From: Patescibacteria group bacterium
Lineage (GTDB): Bacteria; Patescibacteriota; Patescibacteriia; Patescibacteriales; UBA12465
DNA: 64,000 nucleotides
Direction: 5' to 3'
NCBI GenBank assembly: GCA_041651095.1
Contig: JBAZJV010000006.1
Location: 8,986-72,985, forward strand
In this document: piece by piece, positions 35,075 to 42,419 of the stretch
How positions within the stretch are numbered: position 1 is the first letter of the stretch
Layout: each line of letters starts with the position of its first letter
Program-made: the position numbers and the translations under genes
The notes under the pieces: generated by a model
What the model was told of the DNA's origin: nothing
The model's input: the letters and a program-made list of their open reading frames with translations, nothing else
Databases searched by the model: none

Positions 35075-35458
35075 ATGAAGCAGCGTTTATTTGCAGCCCT
35101 TATTTTATTAATTATGTTCTGTGCGTTCGTGCCGGTTTTAGCGGCGGATGACGCTCAGACCCCTGCTGTCGGCGATGCCCAGACTTCCTGCCCCGACGGC
35201 GCCTGCACCCTCACTAACCCCCTGGGCATCAGTACACCGCAGGCCTTCATTGGCCGCGTCGTCAACTCCGTCATGGGCCTGGTCGGCTCCATCGCCCTGG
35301 TCATGTTCGTCTATGGCGGCCTGACCTGGATGACTTCTTCGGGCAGCGAGGAGAAGGTCAAGAAGGGGCGCGATATCCTGGTCTGGTCGGCGGTCGGCCT
35401 GGTGGTGGTTTTTATGGCTTACGCGCTAACCCGCTTCGTCCTCAACGTGATCGTCTAA
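35075..35458 (+). CDS. TrbC/VirB2-like (T4SS-pilin-like) small secreted membrane protein
   Basis: 127 aa with a signal peptide and two C-terminal TM helices. The segment GGLTWMTSSGSEEKVKKGRDIL is typical of the pilin-like family abundant in CPR genomes. Confidence 0.6.
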   Translation: MKQRLFAALILLIMFCAFVPVLAADDAQTPAVGDAQTSCPDGACTLTNPLGISTPQAFIGRVVNSVMGLVGSIALVMFVYGGLTWMTSSGSEEKVKKGRDILVWSAVGLVVVFMAYALTRFVLNVIV

Positions 35459-35496
35459 ATAGTCGTGCGGCGCTTTAATCGGCTGTTCAAATAAGA

Positions 35497-35529
35497 ATAT
35501 CGGCGTTGACAAGCGCCGATATTTTTTTT
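35497..35529 (+). terminator. rho-independent terminator of the pilin-like gene
   Basis: ATATCGGCG-ttgacaag-CGCCGATAT stem followed by T8. Confidence 0.7.
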
Positions 35530-35534
35530 ATAGT
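35506..35534 (+). promoter_or_regulatory. sigma70 promoter candidate for tRNA-Tyr, with the -35 in the terminator loop
   Basis: TTGACA (35506-35511), 17-nt spacer, TATAGT (35529-35534). tRNA-Tyr starts 57 nt downstream. Confidence 0.5.
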
Positions 35535-35590
35535 TGTATTGCTCGCCGGTCCGGCTCTTCCGCCGTTTAAGGCCGGCGTTACATCAATAG

Positions 35591-35674
35591 GGGTCGATAC
35601 CAAAGCGGTCAACTGGGGCAGACTGTAAATCTGCTGGCCTTGTGCCTTCGTTGGTTCGAATCCAACTCGGCCCA
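35591..35674 (+). tRNA. tRNA-Tyr (anticodon GUA), class II with a long variable arm
   Basis: Acceptor GGGTCGA/TCGGCCC, anticodon arm GCAGA-CTGTAAA-TCTGC, 15-nt variable arm, T-arm GTTGG-TTCGAAT-CCAAC. No encoded CCA. Confidence 0.85.
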
Positions 35675-35678
35675 CCCT

Positions 35679-35783
35679 ATGCCTTTGATCAATCCGGACA
35701 AAATCGGTTTGGGACTGCTCAGGATTTTCCTGATCGAATTTATCGTTCTGGCGATCGTCATTTTCGTTTTACTCGCCCTGTAA
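35679..35783 (+). CDS. possible 34-aa hydrophobic micropeptide
   Basis: The ATG lies 5 nt after tRNA-Tyr. Product MPLINPDKIGLGLLRIFLIEFIVLAIVIFVLLAL. The stop lies 1 nt before the mutM ATG. Below the ORF-track size cutoff. Confidence 0.25.
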   Translation: MPLINPDKIGLGLLRIFLIEFIVLAIVIFVLLAL

Positions 35784-35784
35784 T

Positions 35785-36699
35785 ATGCCCGAACTTCCGG
35801 AAGTAGAAACTATCCGCCGCGATCTGGCCGGCCGCGCTTTAGGCCGTCGGATCAGCGCGGTTCATATCCTGTCTCCGAAAACCGCTTCGCACGCCGCGGC
35901 TTTTTTTAAAACCGTCCTGGTCGGCCGGCGGCTCATCAGTCTGGAACGGCGCGGCAAGCTGCTCATCCTCGGCCTGTCGCCGCTACTACCCAAGTCAAAA
36001 TTATCGCCAGCCGCTAGAATAAGCCACCTACTCATTCATCTCAAGATGACTGGCCAGCTGATCTATCTGGATCGGCGGAATAAGATCGCCGGCGGCCATA
36101 GCCTGGGCGGCCATTCCTTCGCCTCGGCCGTGGGCGGGGAATTGCCGAATAAGTATACCCGGGCCAGCCTGGAATTCGTGGGCGGCGGTAAATTATTTTT
36201 CAACGATCTCCGGAAATTCGGTTACTGGAAATTGGTCAGCGCGCCGGAACTCGCTAAGATTCTGGCGGCCGGTTACGGTCCGGAACCGTTAAGTCGGGAA
36301 TTCTCTTTGACTTTCCTGACTGCCTTGCTTAAAAATAGAAAAACTAAGATTAAGCCGCTGCTTCTGGACCAGAAAGCGATAGCCGGCTTAGGCAATATCT
36401 ACGTGGATGAGGTCTTGTGGGCTGCCCGCCTTAGGCCGGATCGCGCCGCCGGCTCGCTCCAGGCAGTAGAAATAAAACGCTTGCATCAAGCGATCAAGCG
36501 GCTGATCAAATTGGCCATCAAGCACCGCGGCACGACTTTCAGTGATTACGTCGATGCCCAGGGGCGGAAAGGGAATTTTTCCCGTTTGCTTAAAGTCTAT
36601 GGCCGACGCGGGGAATCATGTCCAAACTGCCGAAAGCCGATTATCCGGACCAAAATCGCCGGCCGCGGCACGCATTATTGTCCGCGTTGTCAAAAATAA
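35785..36699 (+). CDS. mutM: formamidopyrimidine-DNA glycosylase
   Basis: MPELPEVETIRR N-terminus, an H2TH region, and the C-terminal zinc finger CPNC...CPRCQ. Confidence 0.9.
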   Translation: MPELPEVETIRRDLAGRALGRRISAVHILSPKTASHAAAFFKTVLVGRRLISLERRGKLLILGLSPLLPKSKLSPAARISHLLIHLKMTGQLIYLDRRNKIAGGHSLGGHSFASAVGGELPNKYTRASLEFVGGGKLFFNDLRKFGYWKLVSAPELAKILAAGYGPEPLSREFSLTFLTALLKNRKTKIKPLLLDQKAIAGLGNIYVDEVLWAARLRPDRAAGSLQAVEIKRLHQAIKRLIKLAIKHRGTTFSDYVDAQGRKGNFSRLLKVYGRRGESCPNCRKPIIRTKIAGRGTHYCPRCQK

Positions 36700-36827
36700 G
36701 CCAAATTTAGCCAGAAATAGCCCGGCCGCGATTGACTTTTATCTGGGTTTTTTATATTGTTTAATTAGCTTATGCCGCTTAGCGACTAGACTATATTTTC
36801 GCTCGGCCTTATAAAAATAATATCAAT

Positions 36828-36983
36828 ATGTCCCAAGACAACATGATCAAGTTGGAATGCACGGTTTGCAAGACGACGACCCATCATTCTCATAAGAACA
36901 AGAAGACGCTTAAAGAGCGGTTGGAATTGTCCAAGTATTGCAATCATTGTAAGAAGCATACGCTCCACAAGGAGACAAAATAA
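36828..36983 (+). CDS. rpmG: 50S ribosomal protein L33 (zinc-ribbon form)
   Basis: A 51-aa ORF not in the track: [51 protein letters not shown]. It has the CxxC...CxxC pattern and the typical L33 length and charge. Confidence 0.85.
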   Translation: MSQDNMIKLECTVCKTTTHHSHKNKKTLKERLELSKYCNHCKKHTLHKETK

Positions 36984-37028
36984 GCTCGCTTAATCAGCCT
37001 GGCCGGCTCGGCCGGCGGCTCCCGTCAT

Positions 37029-38093
37029 ATGCCCACTAAATTAACCAAACCATTCCTGATCATCCTGATGGTTATCGTGCTCGTGGCCTGCTACTGGATT
37101 TTCAAGCCGTTTTTGACCGAAATTTTCGTGGCCGCCATCATGGCCTCGGTTTTCTATAAACCGTTCCGGTATCTGGCCAAGTTCCTGGGCGGCCGGCAGA
37201 AGCTGGCGGCGCTCTTGATGTGCCTGCTGCTCCTGGTAATCATCATCTTGCCGGCTTTCAACCTGATCGCCTATGCCGGCACGAAATCCGTTTCCGCCTA
37301 TAATGCCACGGTGGATTTCTTCAGCAACCATACGGTCAACGACTTGTTTCGAACAGATTTTTTCCAGCGCGGCGCCCTGCGTTACCTCAATCTTGACCAA
37401 TACAATTATTACAGCGAGACTTTCCAGAACACGCTCTTAGAAGTCCTGAAGCAGTCCAGCGACTGGCTGCTGTCCGGCGCGACCGTCGCTCTCCGGGAAA
37501 CCACTAACTTCGTGATTTCTCTGGCGCTCATCATCATTACCCTGTTCTTCTTCTTCGTGGACGGCGAAAAGATCCTGAAACGCCTCATGTATCTCTCGCC
37601 GCTCGCGGACAAATATGACCTGGCTCTGTTCCAGAAATTCCAGCGGGTCAGCTATACGACCTTCGTCTCTACTTTCGTCGTGGCTATCGCCCAGGGCGTG
37701 ATCGGCGCTCTTGGTTTCGCCATTGTCGGTTTTCCGGCTTTTTTAGCCGGCGTCCTGACCGCCCTCTTGTCGCTCATTCCCTATATCGGCTCGACTATTT
37801 TTTTCATCCCGGCCGGTTTGTATTACATTTTATCGGGTGAAATCTGGCAGGGCATCTTCATCCTGCTCTGGGGTTCGCTTGTAACCGGCACCGTTGATAA
37901 CATGATCCGAACCTATATGGTCAAGGACGACGCCGAAATCAATCCGATCTTCGTCCTCTTCTCGATCATGGGCGGCGTGGTTCTTTTCGGCTTCTGGGGC
38001 GTTATCCTCGGGCCGCTCATCGTCGCCTTGGCCGTCACCATTATTCATATCTACGAATTGGAATTCTGCGGCGAGGAGTTGCCGCATAAATGA
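37029..38093 (+). CDS. AI-2E family transporter (PerM/YhhT-like permease)
   Basis: 354 aa with about 8 TM segments and the family-typical architecture and C-terminal motifs. Ends with a TGA stop. Confidence 0.75.
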   Translation: MPTKLTKPFLIILMVIVLVACYWIFKPFLTEIFVAAIMASVFYKPFRYLAKFLGGRQKLAALLMCLLLLVIIILPAFNLIAYAGTKSVSAYNATVDFFSNHTVNDLFRTDFFQRGALRYLNLDQYNYYSETFQNTLLEVLKQSSDWLLSGATVALRETTNFVISLALIIITLFFFFVDGEKILKRLMYLSPLADKYDLALFQKFQRVSYTTFVSTFVVAIAQGVIGALGFAIVGFPAFLAGVLTALLSLIPYIGSTIFFIPAGLYYILSGEIWQGIFILLWGSLVTGTVDNMIRTYMVKDDAEINPIFVLFSIMGGVVLFGFWGVILGPLIVALAVTIIHIYELEFCGEELPHK

Positions 38094-38147
38094 TCGGGCG
38101 ACCGGAATAAGTAACATCGCGCCCGCCCGCCGAGCGCTTTAAAACAT

Positions 38148-38678
38148 ATGACTTTAGGACCGAAAACCAAGCAGAACCTGGAAACCGCCTTCGCCGGCGA
38201 ATCCATGGCCCGCAACAAGTACGATTATTTCGCTTCCGTTTTCCGCAAGGCCGGCTACGAACAGATCGCCAATCTGTTCACGGAAACCGCTTTGAACGAG
38301 AAAGAGCACGCCAAGGTTTGGGCTAAGCAGCTCGGGCTCATTGGAGAATTGGATGCCAATCTGGCGGAAGCGATAAAGGGCGAGCATTATGAGAACAGCG
38401 AGATGTATCCGCAGATGGCTAAAGACGCTATGGAAGAAGGCCACCCGGGCATCGCCAAACTGTTCCAGGAGGTCGGGGAAGTAGAAAAGGCTCATGAAGA
38501 GCGGTATCAGAAACTCTTAGCCAATTTGAAGAACGGCGAAGTCTTCAAGAAGCCGACGGTTCGCAAATGGAAATGCCTGAACTGCGGCTATATCTACGAA
38601 GGGGAAGAGCCGCCGAAAGTCTGCCCGGCCTGCAGCCATCCCCAGGGCTTTTTCGAGATTTGGGTGGAAACCTATTGA
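38148..38678 (+). CDS. rbr: rubrerythrin
   Basis: Ferritin-like di-iron helices carry ExxH motifs (NEKEHAKVW, VEKAHEERY). The C-terminal rubredoxin-like segment reads CLNCG...CPACS. Confidence 0.85.
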   Translation: MTLGPKTKQNLETAFAGESMARNKYDYFASVFRKAGYEQIANLFTETALNEKEHAKVWAKQLGLIGELDANLAEAIKGEHYENSEMYPQMAKDAMEEGHPGIAKLFQEVGEVEKAHEERYQKLLANLKNGEVFKKPTVRKWKCLNCGYIYEGEEPPKVCPACSHPQGFFEIWVETY

Positions 38679-38703
38679 TATTTCAGCCTCGTCCGGGGCG
38701 ATT

Positions 38704-38774
38704 GCGGGATTCGTATAGTGGTAGTACGGCGGTCTCCAAAACCGTTGGCGGGGGTTCGATTCCCTCATCCCGTG
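38704..38774 (+). tRNA. tRNA-Trp (anticodon CCA)
   Basis: Acceptor GCGGGAT/ATCCCGT, anticodon arm GCGGT-CTCCAAA-ACCGT, T-arm GGGGG-TTCGATT-CCCTC, discriminator G. No encoded CCA. Confidence 0.85.
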
Positions 38775-38785
38775 CGATAACAGAT

Positions 38786-38809
38786 AAAACCAGACATCGT
38801 CTGGTTTTA
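38786..38809 (+). terminator. hairpin terminator after tRNA-Trp
   Basis: AAAACCAGAC-atc-GTCTGGTTTT. Confidence 0.6.
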
Positions 38810-38825
38810 TCTTAATATTTCATAT

Positions 38826-39491
38826 ATGAAAGCCTATAAATATTTGAATATCATCAGCGCCCTGTTCGTGGCCGTCCTGCTTATTTCCAATGTCGCTTCG
38901 GCCAAGATCATTGATTTGCGCTGGTTCACCTTTGATGGCGGCACCCTGCTGTTTCCGCTCAGCTATATTTTTGGGGACATCCTGACCGAAGTCTACGGCT
39001 ACCGCCAGTCCCGGCAGACCATCTGGCTCGGTTTCTTTTCCGCCCTTTTGATGTCGGCCGTTTTCCTGGCTGTCGGCGTTTTGCCGCCGGCCGCCGGCTG
39101 GAATAACCAGGCCGCCTATGACGCGATTTTGGGCCTCACCCCGCGCCTCGTCGCCGCCAGCCTGATCGCTTATTTCTGCGGCGAATTCCTTAATTCTTTT
39201 GTCCTGGCTAAATTGAAAATCCTGACCAAGGGGCGCTGGCTCTGGGTCCGAACCATCGGTTCGACCATGGTCGGCGAACTGGCCGATACCTTGTTGTTCG
39301 TGACCATCGCTTTTGCCGGCCTGTTTCCGGCCGACTTATTGCTCGCTCTGATAATTTCCAATTATCTATTCAAGACCGGCCTGGAAATTATCCTCACCCC
39401 GCTCACCTATCGGGCGGTCGCTTTTTTGAAAAAGCGGGAACAGGCAGATTTTTACGATTATGGCACGGATTTCAATCCGTTTAGCCGTTAG
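38826..39491 (+). CDS. yhhQ: queuosine precursor transporter (YhhQ/VUT family)
   Basis: 221 aa with 6 TM segments. LLFPLSYIFGDILTEVYGY is typical of YhhQ. Confidence 0.8.
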   Translation: MKAYKYLNIISALFVAVLLISNVASAKIIDLRWFTFDGGTLLFPLSYIFGDILTEVYGYRQSRQTIWLGFFSALLMSAVFLAVGVLPPAAGWNNQAAYDAILGLTPRLVAASLIAYFCGEFLNSFVLAKLKILTKGRWLWVRTIGSTMVGELADTLLFVTIAFAGLFPADLLLALIISNYLFKTGLEIILTPLTYRAVAFLKKREQADFYDYGTDFNPFSR

Positions 39492-39531
39492 TGTTCCGTT
39501 TCGGCCATAAGACCTTATCGTCAAGGAACGG

Positions 39532-39563
39532 AAAATAAAAACTGCCCGGTAAGACTGGGCAGT
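39532..39563 (-). terminator. terminator of the ATCase-like gene
   Basis: ACTGCCC...GGGCAGT hairpin. On the minus strand it is followed by TTTTATTTT. Confidence 0.5.
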
Positions 39564-39626
39564 ATTGAACTTGGTTTTGTATTTTTTCGCGGAATATCCG
39601 CCAATGTTAAACTGCTTGATACGCTG

Positions 39627-40616
39627 TTAAGCCATGATATGCGGCACCAGGTCCGGTTTCAGGATCATGATGAGCAGAGCCATCCTGATGAACAATCCGT
39701 TTTGCGCCTGGATGAAATAATAGGCGCGCGGATCCGAGTCTACATATTTAGGAATTTCTCGCCCTCTGGGCAATGGGTGCATTATTATAGCTTCGGGCGA
39801 CAACATATCCAGGACTTCGTGATTAATGCTGAATAGTCCGGGCTTTCTTTCGGCCGGGGTCATTGAACTGCCGCGTTCGGTTTGGATCCTGGTCATATAG
39901 ACCACGTCCACTTTGCCGGCGACTTTTTTGATATCGTCGACTTCCCAATATTTGATGCCGCGGCGATCAAGATATTCTTTGATATCATCGCCCATTCTTA
40001 GAGACGGCGGAGCCACGAAATAGATCTTAACGCCTTTGAATTTTCCCAGCAGATAAGATAAAGATCTTACGGTCCGGCCGTTGTCTAAGTCGCCGACCAT
40101 AGCGATCCTTATGCCGTTTATCCGTCCGAACCGCTTATATATAGTATATATGTCTAGTAAGGCTTGGGTCGGATGCTGGTTGTTGCCGTCACCGGCGTTA
40201 ATTATCGGTATCTGGGCAACTCGGGCAGCTTTCTCGGCATGTTTGGCACGGGCAAATCTTCCGGCTAAGACATCAGCATAATAACCGTTCCAGATTTTTA
40301 TCGTATCGGTTATTGATTCGCCTTTCGCCCGGGAAGAAAATTGCATGGCATTTTCCGTGGAAAAGCTGACTTGACCGCCCAACAAATTCATCGCTTGGGC
40401 AAAAGAGCCATGTGTCCTGGTGCTGGATTCCTCAAACCAGTTGATGAGCCGTTTATTGTGGAGATAAGTGCAGTTTCTAATTTCCGCTAGCGTCGGCATC
40501 GCGTCGGCTAATGGGAAAATATAATTAAACAGTGTGTCTAAATCGAATTGCTGGGCCTGAATGATGTGCGACAGGCTCCGGCTGTTGTCATACAGCGGAA
40601 TAAGATTTTTTTTCAT
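39627..40616 (-). CDS. pyrB: aspartate carbamoyltransferase catalytic-chain-like protein
   Basis: STRTHGSF (the STRTR motif with R to H), SSRAKGES, HPTQALLD, GDLDNGRTVRS, MTRIQTER and HPLPRGREI all fit ATCase. Strong SD GGAGGAG. Confidence 0.7.
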   Translation of the reverse strand: MKKNLIPLYDNSRSLSHIIQAQQFDLDTLFNYIFPLADAMPTLAEIRNCTYLHNKRLINWFEESSTRTHGSFAQAMNLLGGQVSFSTENAMQFSSRAKGESITDTIKIWNGYYADVLAGRFARAKHAEKAARVAQIPIINAGDGNNQHPTQALLDIYTIYKRFGRINGIRIAMVGDLDNGRTVRSLSYLLGKFKGVKIYFVAPPSLRMGDDIKEYLDRRGIKYWEVDDIKKVAGKVDVVYMTRIQTERGSSMTPAERKPGLFSINHEVLDMLSPEAIIMHPLPRGREIPKYVDSDPRAYYFIQAQNGLFIRMALLIMILKPDLVPHIMA

Positions 40617-40699
40617 GTGACTCCTCCGTTTGGGATGTTGGGTTTTTAGTGATTATTTAAGAACAAATTGTTAATTTACTGGTTACAAGCATTTTTTCG

Positions 40700-40729
40700 A
40701 TTCTATCATGAAATCTATAAGATAGTAAA
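40700..40729 (-). promoter_or_regulatory. promoter candidate for the ATCase-like gene
   Basis: The minus strand reads TTTACT (40729-40724), 18-nt spacer, TAGAAT (40705-40700), preceded by TG. Confidence 0.4.
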
Positions 40730-40948
40730 GTGGTCGGCCGGCGTCTTGCCGCCGGGCGTCGGCTATCCCGATATTCCCTTGGTAGGGCCGTCAATTAATT
40801 TCATTTTTGTCCAATTTATGTGCTATAATTAAATTATCATTACCAGCCGCTGCCAGCATTGAAAGGTCGGTCCGCTACAGCTTAAATATTATTAGGTTTA
40901 TATAATAAGCACCCGCCTTCGCCTCTGGCTGCGGCGGAGCTAAAAACT

Positions 40949-41335
40949 ATGAAGATTTTAATCATCGACGATGAGATCAGCGCCGCCACTACGCTCAAAG
41001 CCTTGCTCATGAGCCAGGACGGCATGGAAATCGATATCGCCTATAACGGCCGGGAAGGACTGGCTAAAATGAAAGAAGCTCAGCCGCCCTATGACCTCTT
41101 GATTTTGGACGTGATGATGCCGGATTTCAGCGGTCTGGACGTCTGCAAAGCTATGCACGCGGATGAACAGTTGAAGAATACGCCGATTATCCTGGATTCG
41201 GCTCTGCCGATAGCTTCCAAGGAACTGCAAGGATTGCTCAACGAATTCCAGGCGCTCAACCCGATCAAGGGCGTGCTGGAAAAACCTTTCGTGCTGGAGG
41301 ATTTGTTAGCGGCCATCAAGGCCGCCAGGGCGTAG
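40949..41335 (+). CDS. stand-alone response-regulator receiver protein (CheY-like, no output domain)
   Basis: 128 aa. Carries IIDDE, LILDVMMP (phospho-acceptor Asp context), DSA and EKPF. Confidence 0.8.
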   Translation: MKILIIDDEISAATTLKALLMSQDGMEIDIAYNGREGLAKMKEAQPPYDLLILDVMMPDFSGLDVCKAMHADEQLKNTPIILDSALPIASKELQGLLNEFQALNPIKGVLEKPFVLEDLLAAIKAARA

Positions 41336-41363
41336 TTTTTAATGGCAGTATTTTAATATTTAT

Positions 41364-42413
41364 ATGAAAAAAATTATTATCGTGCTCGGCCTTCTGGCCG
41401 TAGCGGTCATCCTGACCTGGTGGCTCAATGTCAAGTTGACGCCTACGCCGCCGTCCACTCAGGAGAAGAATCCGCTGGTTATCGGTTTTTCCCTGGGGAC
41501 GATCCGGGAAGAGCGCTGGTTTACCGATCGCGATTTTTTCAAGCAGCGGGCCGAGGAATTGGGCGCCGCCGTCAGCGTCACGATGTCCGATTACGACGTC
41601 GCTTTGCAGATTTCCCAGATTCAGAACATGATCAGCCAAGGGATCAAGGTGATCGTGGTCATCCCGTCGGACTCGGAAAAGATCGCCCCGATCATCGAAG
41701 AGGCGCATCGGGCCGGCGTGCGGGTCATCGCCTACGATCGGCTGATCAAGGACGCGGACATCGATCTTTATTTGTCTTTTGACAACATCAGGGTCGGCGA
41801 GCTGGAAGCGCAGAGTATCGTTAGCGTCAAAGACCGCGGCAATTTCGCTTATATCGGCGGTTCACCGACGGACAATAATGCTTTTTTACTCCGGGAAGGA
41901 ACCATGTCGGTCCTGGAGCCCTTAATCACAAACGGCCAGATCAGTCTGGTGGTTAACCAGCTGACGGAAGGCTGGAAGCCGGACGAAGCTTATAAGACTA
42001 TCAAGAATTATCTGGCGACCGGGCAACCTTTGGACGCGGTCGTTGCCGCTAACGACGGTACGGCTTTCGGCGTTATCCAGGCCCTGAAAGAGCGGGGTTT
42101 GGCCGGCAAAGTGCCGGTTTCCGGCCAGGACGCCGAACTCTCCGCCTGCCAGCGAATAGTTGACGGCACGCAGACAGCCACGGTCTACAAGCCGATCAAG
42201 CAATTAGCCTATCGCGCGGCTGAGATCGCCGTGGCTATGGCTGAAGGTCATGAACCGGATGTCAATAATACTACCGACAACGGTAAAGTTCAAGTGCTCT
42301 CATATTTTCTCGACCCGATCCTGGTCACTAAGGAGAACATGATGACTACCGTCGTGGCCGACGGCTTCCATGCCGCCGATGAAATCTATCGCGGCCAGGC
42401 GAACCAGCCGTAG
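41364..42413 (+). CDS. membrane-anchored D-xylose-binding-protein-like (XylF family) periplasmic binding protein
   Basis: N-terminal TM anchor. AYDRLIKDADIDLYLSFDNIRVGELEA, GGSPTDNNA, VSGQDAEL and GTQTATVYKPI closely track XylF motifs as I recall them. Confidence 0.8.
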   Translation: MKKIIIVLGLLAVAVILTWWLNVKLTPTPPSTQEKNPLVIGFSLGTIREERWFTDRDFFKQRAEELGAAVSVTMSDYDVALQISQIQNMISQGIKVIVVIPSDSEKIAPIIEEAHRAGVRVIAYDRLIKDADIDLYLSFDNIRVGELEAQSIVSVKDRGNFAYIGGSPTDNNAFLLREGTMSVLEPLITNGQISLVVNQLTEGWKPDEAYKTIKNYLATGQPLDAVVAANDGTAFGVIQALKERGLAGKVPVSGQDAELSACQRIVDGTQTATVYKPIKQLAYRAAEIAVAMAEGHEPDVNNTTDNGKVQVLSYFLDPILVTKENMMTTVVADGFHAADEIYRGQANQP

Positions 42414-42419
42414 CGGCTT

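Noticed and set aside
3067-38774. A G1.U72 wobble at the top of the acceptor stems of tRNA-Glu (3067..3138) and tRNA-Trp (38704..38774).
   Set aside because: This may be real but could reflect my manual boundary calls. It needs tRNAscan-SE or ARAGORN before any interpretation.
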